DNA of 63,570 bases, counting the filler, from Thraustochytrium aureum (Eukaryota), in NCBI GenBank assembly GCA_012862495.1. It is 6 parts of 3 records of this genome, joined end to end, with 100 filler letters (N's around TTAATTAATTAA, not from the genome) between each part and the next. Parts side by side here need not be neighbours in the genome. Positions count along the whole stretch, not along the records: positions 13,490 to 23,711 come from BLSG01000097.1; positions 23,812 to 41,258 come from BLSG01000098.1; 4 more parts are not named here. One strand, 5' to 3'. The notes under the pieces are model-generated. The model made no database searches, was not told where the DNA came from, and worked only from the letters and a program-made list of their open reading frames with translations. Shown piece by piece: positions 13,490 to 24,380 of the stretch. The first letter of the stretch is position 1; each line of letters begins with the position of its first letter. The translations under genes and the position numbers were made by a program.

Positions 13490-13913
13490 AGTCGGCTCGC
13501 GCCCCGTCCGGCTGGTCAGAGCGAGCGACCTCGCGCGACGGGCAGAGTCGGCCAGCGCCTGCGCGCTCGAGGCCGGCCGGGCGGGGCGTGCGACCTTCGC
13601 GAGACCTGCTCTGGCGCGCGACTTTGGCTCCGCGAGGTCTTGCCAAGTGGTGGGCCAGGCCAGCTCGACCTGCGTGCGTGTGTTGGCCGAGGCGCTGGAG
13701 GAGAAAGCAGCGCGGATGGCGTCCACTCAGCATTTCCAGCAGCAGCAGCAATTCCAGGAGCAGCAGCAGCAATTCCAGGAGCAGCAGCAGCAGCAGCAGC
13801 AGGAGCATTTCTTGGCGCGGCAACTCGAGCCGGCTTGGATGCATGCACCAACATCGCGTCGACGCTACTCATGTTCCGAGATCGCGCTGGGCGAAGAAGA
13901 GCTGCGCGCCTGA
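13490..13913 (+). CDS. 3' end of an unknown polyQ-containing protein
   Basis: Open frame from the scaffold edge through HFQQQQQFQEQQQQFQEQQQQQQQEHF to TGA at 13913. Confidence 0.4.
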
Positions 13914-16900
13914 GAGCGCAAAGTGGAATCGCTCGAACTCGCGCTGGTAGTCGGCGAGGCGGGCGGAGCGGCGATCAAACTGCTCCAGGCGAGGGTCGTC
14001 GAGGGCCTGGCTACTGGACGCAAGTTCGGCCTTCAGGTGGCGCGTCTTTGCAGCGTAGGCCTCAATATCCGCGGTGAACGAGGCCTGGACGCCCTCAAAC
14101 CAACGCAGCGATGCAAAGTCATCACCCTGGTCGAGGATTGCGAGCGTGTACGCGATAGCGACTGCCAGGCCGTCGTCTGTAAAGTAGGCCTCGCGCCCCT
14201 TGTGGGAGCGGCTGAGCTGATCGCGGGCCAAAAGCGCCGCCTCGACAAAGCTCACCGTGAGCGCCGGGACAATCATGTAAAAGTTTGCGAGGTGGTCCGC
14301 GTTGGCCGAGCCGAGCATGACGGTTCGGAAAACGTCTACCAAGACCTGCAGGTAATCGGTTTCCTCCGAGAACTTGGCCGCGAGATCAGCAACGATCCGG
14401 TCAACAGCGCGTCTGGCCTGCGCGGTCTCGTCGCAGCCGCGCTCTGGCAGGGAAGAAGCGAGCGGGGTGGCCCGGTCCACGTCGGGCGCCAGCTCGACCG
14501 CGGCGGCGACCCAGTGCCGACCAGCCGAGCGCACCATGCGGACGTACCCCAGCGCGTTGCCGATCCTGGTCAAGTGCTCTCGAAACTTGCCAAGATACGT
14601 GGCGCCTGGAGACGGCTCGCCGAGGCGGCGCACCTGCTTGCAATAGGCCAAAGCGCGCTCGAAGGGATACGCGTAGTCGACTTTCGGGTCGGTCGCGTGG
14701 CGAGCGAACCAGCGGCGCTCCTTGGCCAGGTATGACTTGATGCTGTCGTCGAAGAGAAACTCGGCGAAAATCTCGAACGCCTTGGCCAGGTATTGATAGG
14801 TGTAGTTGACGCACGTGTTCATTATGCCCAGCCCGTGCGTGGCAACCGAATCGGCGATCGACTGCACGTTGATCGACTTGAGATTCTTGGAGCCGCGGTC
14901 GGTGCGGCGCTCTATAAAGAATTGCTCGTTGAGGTTGTAGTTGTACAACGCAGTGAAAGCAGAGATGCGCCGCATGATCTGCAGCACGTCTAGGCCGGTG
15001 TCGAGAGCGCCTTGCGGGAGGCCTGCCTCGTCGAGGTGGATGCCGAGCTGCTCGGCAGCGATTTTGCGCATTTTCCTCGTACGTGCGCCAGTCGTGCAGC
15101 GCCAAAACCGTCATGTCGTAAAACTGCCTCTGCAAGTAGGACTCCACGGCGCGTCGGATGTCCACGACCTGGCTCATGACTCGGATCGGCGCTACCTCGA
15201 GCAAGTGGCCCAAGAGGCCGACCTCGCCGCCTTGCGGACGAGCCTTGTCCCGCATGAAGTCCATGTGGGCCGCATGCTGATGCAAACGCAAGGCGTCCTC
15301 CACGCGGCGACACAATGGGCCGACGATGGCTTCGTCTATCGCACAGACGATCGACTCTTCGAGCAAGGCAGCCTGCGTGGCCGCGCGCGACGCCGCACTG
15401 CCGCCCTCGGCCTGGGCGCCGCGAAACAGCACCGACGCATCGCCAAAGCCTGCAGCAAGCCAGCGCACGCGGTCGGCGGCGAGCGGACCACTTTCCAGCA
15501 CATCCGCAAACAGGACCGGCATGAACATCGGCGCGTGCCAAAACAAGACTGTGCAGTCGCAAGCGCGGCGAAGGCGCTTTTGCCACTGCGGCACGAGTTC
15601 GAGCTTGTCAAGAGCCTTTTCGACGCGGATGATCTCGTCTGTTTTGCACTGTCCTGAGCCGCCTTCTCGACCACGGAAGACGGCCAGGGCGAGCCGGAGG
15701 GCTGACAGGCGAGTCGGCGACATGGTCTGCGAGCCGACCAAGAGAGTCGCGGCGGCGTCGAGCGCAGCGGCTCGGTTGGCGTGGGCTTGGGTTGATGTCG
15801 CGTTGCTTCCATCTTTGGGTCTCCGCGACTCGAGCCGCGTGCGCCACACGCGGATGTCAGCGAGTAGGTCAGCCTTGATGCTACCTAGCGCGGCTGGCGC
15901 AATTTGGGCCGCGACGGGAGCCTTGGCATCTGCCGTGGCCTGAATCACCTTGAGGAGCTCCACGCACACTGCTACGTGCTGCACGAGCGTGTTGCGCGCC
16001 ATGGGGAGCTGCTCGGTAACGTGTAGGCTGAGAATGGTCAGCAAGACACGGCGGACCCTGTGCGCGAGCGCTTGGGCATGCACTGCGAGGCGCTGAAAGT
16101 ATGACAANNNNNNNNNNNNNNNNNNNNNNNNNNNNNNNNNNNNNNNNNNNNNNNNNNNNNNNNNNNNNNNNNNNNNNNNNNNNNNNNNNNNNNNNNNNNN
16201 NNNNNNNNNNNNNNNNNNNNNNNNNNNNNNNNNNNNNNNNNNNNNNNNNNNNNNNNNNNNNNNNNNNNNGCGCTTGGGCATGCACTGCGAGGCGCTGAAA
16301 GTATTGACAAGCTTGCGCGGCCCCGGCAGACGTTTTGAGCGATTGCTCAGAAGGTGGCAGATTGCCCGTGGGAGACGTGCGGTGCTGGTTGTCAGCCCTA
16401 AGCAGCTGGTCCGCCTGCAAGGCCCACACAGCGACATCCCCGCGCGTACGTCGGCACGCACCGCGCCAGCGCGCCCTTCAGCGTCACAAGATACTCTCGC
16501 CGGTGCGCCGAGGGATCGCGCGGCGCAAGGCGTTGCACGAGTGACCCAGGGATTGCGACGTGCTGGTGGAAGAATTCGTCCGCGGTCCAAATTGCGTTGC
16601 CGTAGAGGGAAAGCGCAGGAATACAAAGCTGGAGCTGCCAGAGGGCCTTGAACACGGCCGAGTCAAACGCTGCTCTGGGCGGCTGGAGCTTTGCGTTTAG
16701 GGCGAACAAGCAGCACAGGCCGACAAAGCGCGCCTCGCAAGCGTAGGATGGAAAGGATTCGGTTTCGCGGCTCGCAGCATGCCACTCGGCGTCGAGGTCT
16801 CTGGTCCCGGTGCGAATGATGTCTACAAACTCGACCAGCAACGCAGAGGGGAGGGGCTTTGCCGCGCCAGGATGCACCTGAATCGGTTGGCCTGTCTCCG

Positions 16901-17735
16901 GGTCGCGAGTAAAGTCCTGGGCGATGCAGGCAGCAAACCAGCCGCCACGCGCGAGACGTGCGTCGATCTCGGTGACAGCTCGCTTGAGACGGTCAAGGCC
17001 GTCATCACCTGCGGGCCCCACACCGGCCCACGCGATTGTCTTGTAGTCGGCCCACGCGGCTTGGAACTCGTGGTTTGCGCGGACGGCCCCGTCCACGGCA
17101 ACGAGAGTGCCAAGAACCTGGCCCAGAGCCGCCCAGACAGGGAGCAGCTGAACGGCGCGGAATGGAGCAAGGTCGGCGGCTGCCGCCGTGTCGCCGTAAA
17201 CTGCCGCAAGTTGTGCCACGATGTTTGCCACGAGATCGGAGCATCGCTGGCAAAACCTATCAGCCTCGAGCAGGCGCGCAAGCGCGCGCCCAACAGCTCG
17301 TGCAGGGTGCTCGCACAGGACCTCTCGAGCTTCGCGCGAATCTCCGACGAGCACGACGCGGTGCGGCTCTGGCGCCGAATCGTCTCCGCTTGGCGAGCCT
17401 GGGACAGCCACGCGCCCGGTCGCACACAATCCTGCAAGTAGGGGGAGCGCTTGCGCATGGGCCGTCTCAAAGAGCTCTTCTGCCTCGTCACAGACCGCCA
17501 CGAGAGCGGTGAGCACCTTGTCGAACTGCTCGAGCCCTGAGCGAGCGAGGCTGGCGACCACTGCGCGCTCCGCAGGCTGCAGGAGCGCTCGCGCGGCGCG
17601 CGGCCTCAGCGCCTCGACGGCTCCCGTCCCAGGCCGTCTGTGCGTGCCCCGGGCGGCGTCCAAAGCGAGCAGTGCGCCGCGGAGTTTGGCATGGATAGCC
17701 AACTCGTACCGATCCGCCGCGCCGAGCTCGCTCAT
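13869..17735 (-). CDS. WASHC4: WASH complex subunit 4 (SWIP/WASH-7); frameshifts near 16450 and 15072, spurious gap
   Basis: YNYNLNEQFFIER, SIADSVATHGLGIMNTCVNYTYQYL, IGNALGYVRMVRSAG, NFYMIVPALTVSFVE, FTDDGLAVAIAYTLAILDQ and FYDMTVLALHDWRTYEEM; the N-terminal WASH-7_N-like part is in ORF 16398..17735. Confidence 0.92.
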
Positions 17736-18299
17736 CGCGCCGGCGCGGTTGGCTCGCTCGCAAGGGCCGGTGCTGCCCGCTGGCTCCGCCGACCGCCGCC
17801 GCTGCGGGGCGTGGGCCTTTGCTCAACGCCGTTGCGATTTTGAGTGGCTTTTGGGAAAGCGTGCGGGCGTGAGCGCGTTGACGCAATTGATGCGTGACGG
17901 GATGGCCTGACAAGGGCTCGGAGCTGTCTGCGGGCGCTGAGCGACTGCCTGCCCCGGCGTGGCGCAGAGACGATAGCAGGGCTGGGTTCTGCCGCTGCCG
18001 GAAGCGGATGGACCCCTGGGCGCAGGCCACAGTGAGGCGGGCAATTAATGGAAGAAGGACTGTATGGTAGCTCGACGCCGAGAGAGTCATGCAAGGCGGG
18101 CAGCTGCGCCTTCGAAGGCATTCTGCGGCTCGGTCGGCCCACCGAGCCTGAAGATCGATTGTGTAGGGTATGATTGGGCAGTGTGGTGGTGAGGTCCATC
18201 TACATTCCGTCGGCATTGTGCAATGATGTATCTGCCGCCATTCTGCCCCCAAGCGGTGGAGCCGGCTCCACCGCAGCGTCCTCGTCCCTTTCAAAGTCC

Positions 18300-18710
18300 T
18301 CAGGGACGACCGTGCTGCCAAAAAGCGTTGCAAGGTCCTGGGTCAGCCCTGATGGAGTGGATGAGAATGAGCCGGTGGACCCAGCCCCGACGCTTGCTGC
18401 ACTGCGCCTCGTAAATGAGCTTGAAACCTGGGATGTAGCTCTTGGCGCGCTTTATTGTCTCTTCCACTTCGCCGCGCGCGGGATTGGAGGAGCGGGAGGC
18501 ACCGGGCGCTCGCGACGCTGCTGTGCTTTCAACAAAGTTGCGTACGATGCGCTGCCATGCCTCATCTCTGAGTATGCTGGTGAATTGGGCGTCGACGTTT
18601 GCCTGCGAGAACCCTTTCGGCACAAGCGCTTGGCCTTTCTCATTCACTACAACGCTCGCAGAGCACCCGTATTCGCTCACACTTTGTTCTGGCGCAAGGT
18701 GCTGTCCCAT
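18300..18710 (-). CDS. Small MGQ-start hypothetical protein, paralog A (C-terminus possibly frameshifted to ~18199)
   Basis: Colinear similarity to 23089..23592 (VP.GF...VD, NPAR, KRAK.Y.P.F.L.YEA, KRRGWVHRL). Confidence 0.7.
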   Translation of the reverse strand: MGQHLAPEQSVSEYGCSASVVVNEKGQALVPKGFSQANVDAQFTSILRDEAWQRIVRNFVESTAASRAPGASRSSNPARGEVEETIKRAKSYIPGFKLIYEAQCSKRRGWVHRLILIHSIRADPGPCNAFWQHGRP

Positions 18711-19511
18711 CTCTGTCTTCGAGAGCTCGCGGTCCGTTCTTGCCGCGCGACTGGCTCCCTTCGCACCCACCCGGACGCCGCCGCCGCAATGGCGAGTAGG
18801 TCCAGCTCCTGCTCGCCGAGAACAGCAATTGGGCGCTGATGCGGCTGGCAACTGCGCAGCTGCCNNNNNNNNNNNNNNNNNNNNNNNNNNNNNNNNNNNN
18901 NNNNNNNNNNNNNNNNNNNNNNNNNNNNNNNNNNNNNNNNNNNNNNNNNNNNNNNNNNNNNNNNNNNNNNNNNNNNNNNNNNNNNNNNNNNNNNNNNNNN
19001 NNNNNNNNNNNNNNNNNNNNNNNNNNNNNTCCATGTGCACATCGGAAGAGTCCTCCAGTACCCGGTTAATCTTTGTACGAAACTGTTTCAGTCGTACTAA
19101 CAAATCATCAGCCGATCCTGCCGCTCTACGGCAATGTATCCTCTACTGAACGCACTTGCCTGACTGGGTTCACCATGGCACCGGGAGCTGCGGTCGCCAG
19201 GACAGAGTGAGCAGGTTGTGGACGCCCCCCCACGCTTAAGTTGTCGCCGGGAGCATAGGGCCGAAGATTGGCTGATTGCCCTGTTCACATTTGCGTGTTT
19301 TCGAGCCGGGACGGCGCGTGGAATCCAGGGTCCGGGCACGGCTACCGAGGACACCGAACAAATTCACCGAGGCGGCTCCCTGTGGCTTGTTCATCGTCGT
19401 AGTTGCAGTCCCAACTGTTGTGCCGTTCATCAACAAGAGGAAAGGGTGGTTGAAACGAAAAGGAATTCTGCAGCCCACTTCGGTGCCTATCTTCTCAATT
19501 GCCGGGATGTC

Positions 19512-20321
19512 TCAATTGCCGGGACGCATTAAAGAGACGATACCAATGACATGCGCGACCACATAAATCGCCACCCAACCTATGCCATTGCAGAAGTAAA
19601 ACCGTTCCTTGGTGGAACCGAAGGGGGCAATGGAGATCAATCCAAGCACGACAGAAGCGAAGCTTGCCAATCCGTCCCCAGTGTTCCCACCGTAAGCAGT
19701 CGCTGCATGGTGCAACAAATTCAGCAGACCGTACAACGCGTTCTTTTTTGTGAAAGCGATGTATACCGTGAAGATGATGTGCGGAATATGGTGGAAAAAC
19801 GAAACACCATCTCCTGCTTGGTGGTGAACATAGTGCTTGCCATGCACGAACAGTTCAACAACCCCGAAGGCAAGAAAAGCCGAGTTCGCGGGTCCAAATG
19901 CCATTGCAGACGAAACACCATTTTCCCAGTGCTCTCCACGAGCCACACGCTCGTAAATGTACTCGTTGTCCACGTCACAGGGCAGGGTGTCCTTGTCGAC
20001 CTCGACACCGTTGGATGAGAGGCGCATCGGGTAGGACTGGTTTCCCGAAGGAAACGCGCTCGCATCTTGTTTGGTCTCGTCCCCGTTCTCGTTGTCAAAG
20101 AGGTCGGTGTTCATAACAAAACCAACTGCAATTCCAACGATCGCTGCAGAGACTAGAATGCGAGCCAGCACGCGAAGGAGCCCTTTCTTGTTATTGTCAC
20201 CCGAGACGGCTTGTTCCTCGTGGGGGCTCTCTTCATCACGAACGACGATCGACATCTCCATCGCTCCGTTCTGCTTTCTGTCTGTTTTCTGATCTGCGTT
20301 CGATTTGGGGTCTGCCTGCAA
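19512..20321 (-). CDS. His-rich multi-pass membrane protein, weakly CREST/ceramidase-like
   Basis: N-terminal TM, then YER...WENGVSSAMAF, GDGVSFFHH, LLHH and several TM helices. The family resemblance is a low-confidence inference. Confidence 0.5.
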   Translation of the reverse strand: MQADPKSNADQKTDRKQNGAMEMSIVVRDEESPHEEQAVSGDNNKKGLLRVLARILVSAAIVGIAVGFVMNTDLFDNENGDETKQDASAFPSGNQSYPMRLSSNGVEVDKDTLPCDVDNEYIYERVARGEHWENGVSSAMAFGPANSAFLAFGVVELFVHGKHYVHHQAGDGVSFFHHIPHIIFTVYIAFTKKNALYGLLNLLHHAATAYGGNTGDGLASFASVVLGLISIAPFGSTKERFYFCNGIGWVAIYVVAHVIGIVSLMRPGN

Positions 20322-23088
20322 AGTCGATCAATCCTCAAAACCATTGTCGTCGGAAGCGAAATTGATTTCAGGTTGGTACTCGAGTACTCTTCTCGTTGCG
20401 CTGAGGGATAGCGCTGAAGGAGGCAAAGCGAGAAGCAATCAACGACCCAAATCGCTGCGCTGAGGCTCGCCAAGGGAGGGCGAACACGTCTCAGGCGAAA
20501 CCTGTGAAAATTCAACTCCAACAGGCCATTTTTTAAAAAGAAACCCATGGCTCATCAGTGTTACAAGGAGCATGGCCGGAAGTATACGTGTTGGCAATGC
20601 GCAGCAACACACCTGCCAGTCAACTTGCAGCCAGCATGCCGAGGCACACCGGGCAGGATTGCGAGGCGAGGCTTTTTAAATTAAACAGAGAGTCATGCCC
20701 TCGTCTTGCACCAGGGAGCGAGAATCGGCTTCCGGATGTCCTGGGGCTGTTGGGCTGTTGGGCTGTTGTTGCTGCGCAGTTTGTTTATTTGAGTTCTCAC
20801 CTCCCGTCGCAAACAGAAACTGAAGTGGAGGCTCGTAAGTTCCGCCGGCCGTACGTTTGTGTACTTTTTTTTATAAAAAGTAGTAGAGTACTGACTGAGT
20901 ACGCACTGGCGGATGCCACTCAGTGCCCAGTGTCTTCAGGTAGGTACTCGAACCGTACGTGACGATACAGAGCTGAAGCCTATAAAACGTCAAAGTCTAG
21001 ATCCGCTACGAAAAAAGGTATTTAAAAGTAAGTTGATTTTCATAAAGGACCCCGAGCCGAAACGCTCAGCCAACTTGCAACTCGCCAAGGTCTGCTTTCG
21101 AGGCACCGACGTCTCCAGTGGAGTTATTGAAAGGCTCAGAACGGCCCAAGAAGGCGGGGAATGGGTGGTCAGGAGCACGCGCTGCCCATCCACGCGTGGA
21201 GGAGCCTGGAGGCTCATCGCAACAAAGGTGGTCGGATATGGCAACCGCTTTGGTTTTCAGACCGTTCACCTCCTGAAAACGACAGCACGCTAGGCTTTTC
21301 TGTTTCGTCACGCTCTTGCACTCGCTCTGGGCCAGGGGTTTGAACTTGCTCTGGATCTTCCTGCCGAGGGCGATTGCACTGGAAGATCGCCGTCACCTGA
21401 GAGCACCAATTCTTTTCCCCAGCGGCTTGCCGCTTTTATGTTCCGCATGTAGTCCAGCAGCATGGACGATTCATCGTCAACGTGTCGGTTTCGCGTCCCT
21501 TCTCCAACAGCGTCTGGGATTTGCAAGTCTGTGCTGTACTTGGCGATGCAAGAGTTGCCATACGAATTGCCCTTACTCGGCCGTCTGGCCATGGGGAGAC
21601 TCTTAGACTCGAAATGTTCAGCCTTGCGGGCAGTCCCTAACACTAAAGCCGCATGCCGGAGCCGGAGTATCGGATGACCAAACCACCAGTGACAAACGCC
21701 AAGTGAAGTGAAGGGTAGCGAGGAACGAAGCGATCTTCGTAAACCGCATCGGCTCACGCCTCGTCATCACCGCCGTCGTCAGGCCGAACGCCGTTGTCAC
21801 CGCCAGACGGCTCGTCCGTGTCCATGGCTCTGGTATCGTGGTTCTCCTCGTTGCCGCCTGAGCCAAGGTCGTTCGTGATCCCCGTCTCGTCAAACGTTGC
21901 TGCCGCACCAGGCGCTGTAGTCGTGGCGGCGCTGCGTTCTGCTGTTGGGCGAATCGCTGCGGCCGCGTCCCTTTTTCTTCGGTTGGCCACCGTGATTTCA
22001 CGAGGTATGGATCCGGGTCTGAACTGATCGCACTGTGAACGGGACGCCGTCACCTCCAACTTGGAGCAAGCCCACACGCGAATCTCGAACGTGGCGTCAA
22101 GCTTCTTGCTGTCCGCAATCGTGACAACATGCGGTATGGCGTACCCCACCCGTCAGCAGGCTCCAAGGCGACGAATTCACTCGCCCGGGCGAACCGTTGC
22201 CGGGCATCTTGCTCTCGCTGCCCGGACACGCCACAGCGGTAACGATGCCGGGTCGGGCGCTTTTCGCCTCTGACCGCTTGCAGCGTCCGAGGGGCAGTTC
22301 GTTACGTTTCGGCTGCCGGTCGTGCTTGCGCAGGCCTTTGCCGTCGCTCCCGACTCCGCATCTGTCACCCGTCAAGTTTTGCGTCACGTTGATTTGCCTG
22401 CACGATTGCCTTGGCGAGCCGCAGCTCAGCGATTGGATCATTGCTAACGGTCTTTTGATTGATTGTTGGGCATTACAGCGGGTTCGCTCTTCCCGATCTT
22501 TCGCGTCGTTCAGAGAGATTGCTTCCGGTTGGGATCGCGGCCATGCGTTAGGTGTCACAGATGATTTGATGTAATCGCCAGCCAACTCCTCGAGCACCAA
22601 AAGTGTGCCTGGTAGGGCGAAGAGATTGGCACGAGTGCGCATGGCGCATGCAAACTCCGTGCAGACTCCGACGACCATGGGCGGGTGTTGCGAGCGTGCC
22701 TGTAGCGTGCGTTCGCTTCTAAGAGGCTACTCGCGCCCCTTCGGACATGCGGCACACGACCAGCTGCAAGAACACCATGGATCGCCACGGAGAAGTATGC
22801 ACACCGAGAGGCGTCTTGCTGAGCCGGGCTCCAACGCGGCCCAGGGCGCAGTTTTAAGGTGCAACGGCGCGACCGCCCGCTTTCTGAGCGTAGCTTACAA
22901 GCTTCTCAGTCGCGCGAGCCGTGGGGCTTTTACCCCATGCGCGTCGGATCTCCGCAGGGAATCCGGCAAAAGTTGAGTGCCGACCGGCTATTAGGTCGGG
23001 TGCGCTCCGCCGCCCCTTTGTGAAGCTCCCCGATCTCGCAGTTTCACAGGAACTCTCCTGGGGCTGCTTGTCGAGCGCAGGGCAACAC

Positions 23089-23592
23089 TCAGACCATTTG
23101 CAGCATGCGAGCGGGTTGCGTAACAGGTTCGGCGTAGGCCAACGGGACGCCCGCAAAGAGGCCCTGGTCGTCCTCGGTTCCCACTTCGACGGCCTCGGGG
23201 ATCTCTGCTCCGCTGTAGAACTTTGCGCTCCTAACGACATTGATGAGGAGAAGGCGGTGAACCCAGCCGCGGCGCTTGATGAAGCGCGCCTCGTAAAACA
23301 ACTGAAAGTCGGGGAGGTAGGCCTTGGCGCGCTTGAGCGCGTCGACCATCGCCTCTCGAGCAGGGTTTCCCTTTCTGGACGCGCAAGGCGCTCGCGCGGT
23401 TGCCGTGTTCTCGACCATGTCGCTGACAATCCACTGCCACTCTTCCTCTTGGATGTACGTGAGAAATTTGGGGTCGACTTGCGTTTCTGTGAACCCCCTC
23501 GGCACCAGGACGCGGCCTTGGGCATCAACCACGATACTCAGCGAGCATCCTTGCGGGCTCACGCTCCGCGTTGGCGCCAGGCCTTGGCCCAT
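23089..23592 (-). CDS. Small MGQ-start hypothetical protein, paralog B
   Basis: Intact 167-aa ORF with a clear paralog at 18300..18710. Confidence 0.75.
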   Translation of the reverse strand: MGQGLAPTRSVSPQGCSLSIVVDAQGRVLVPRGFTETQVDPKFLTYIQEEEWQWIVSDMVENTATARAPCASRKGNPAREAMVDALKRAKAYLPDFQLFYEARFIKRRGWVHRLLLINVVRSAKFYSGAEIPEAVEVGTEDDQGLFAGVPLAYAEPVTQPARMLQMV

Positions 23593-23632
23593 CGTGCCTG
23601 CTAGTCCCGACGGCGACGGATCAGTTGACGAC

Positions 23633-23656
23633 GATCGATCGATCGATCGATCGATC
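23633..23656. repeat. (GATC)6 microsatellite
   Basis: Seen directly, 40 bp upstream of the paralog B start codon. Confidence 0.9.
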
Positions 23657-23711
23657 AGAACCTCCTACCTCAGGCTTGAGCGGCGTTCACGATTGGCTGG
23701 CGTTTGGGCAC

Positions 23712-23811
23712 NNNNNNNNNNNNNNNNNNNNNNNNNNNNNNNNNNNNNNNNNNNNTTAATTAATTAANNNNNNNNNNNNNNNNNNNNNNNNNNNNNNNNN
23801 NNNNNNNNNNN
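23712..23811. other. Artificial scaffold linker
   Basis: N44-TTAATTAATTAA-N44. Confidence 0.97.
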
Positions 23812-24380
23812 GCGCATTCGCCGCGCATCCTCGTCGACATGGCCTTTGCGGACGACCAGCCGCTTCAGGTCCGCAACAAGATTATCAAACAGATTGCCGC
23901 TGTGTACAGCAGCAACGTCGCAGCGCCGCACCCGAGCCACGTCTACCTGTGCGGGATCTCGGTCGCGATGCGCAGCGAGATCGCCAAGCGCCACGACCTC
24001 GACGTGTGGGAGGCCAAGACGCCCTTCACGGCGACCAGTCGGTCCGTGCATGACGTCGTTGCGCCGCAAGACCTCGTCTACCTGACGGCGGATTCCGAGA
24101 ACGACCTCGTCGACGTCGACCCGACCAAGGCGTACGTCATCGGGGGCATCCTCGATCGCAACAGCCAAAAGGGGGCCACTGCCACCAAGGCGCGCGACCT
24201 AGGCGTGGCACCGCGCGGTTCCCGCTTACCGCCTACCTGGCACGGCGCAAGCGCAAGACCACCAAAAAGGTCCTCACGATCAACGCGTGCGCTCAAATCA
24301 TCCTCGACATGGCGGCCACGGCGTCCTGGGACTATGCGCTCGACCGAGCCGTGCCCTGGCGCCTCTTCGGAAGGACGTAA
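23812..24380 (+). CDS. TRM10: tRNA m1G9/m1A9 methyltransferase TRM10 (SPOUT) domain; 5'-truncated, frameshift near 24209
   Basis: LVYLTADSENDL..VDPTKAYVIGGILDRNSQKG. Restoring one C gives GVATARFPLTAYL...KKVLTINAC.QII...WDYALDRAVPWR. Confidence 0.9.

Noticed and set aside
20500..23000. Transposase or reverse transcriptase in the AT-richer interval
   Set aside because: I could see no DDE, RT, integrase or tyrosine-recombinase motifs and no terminal repeats.
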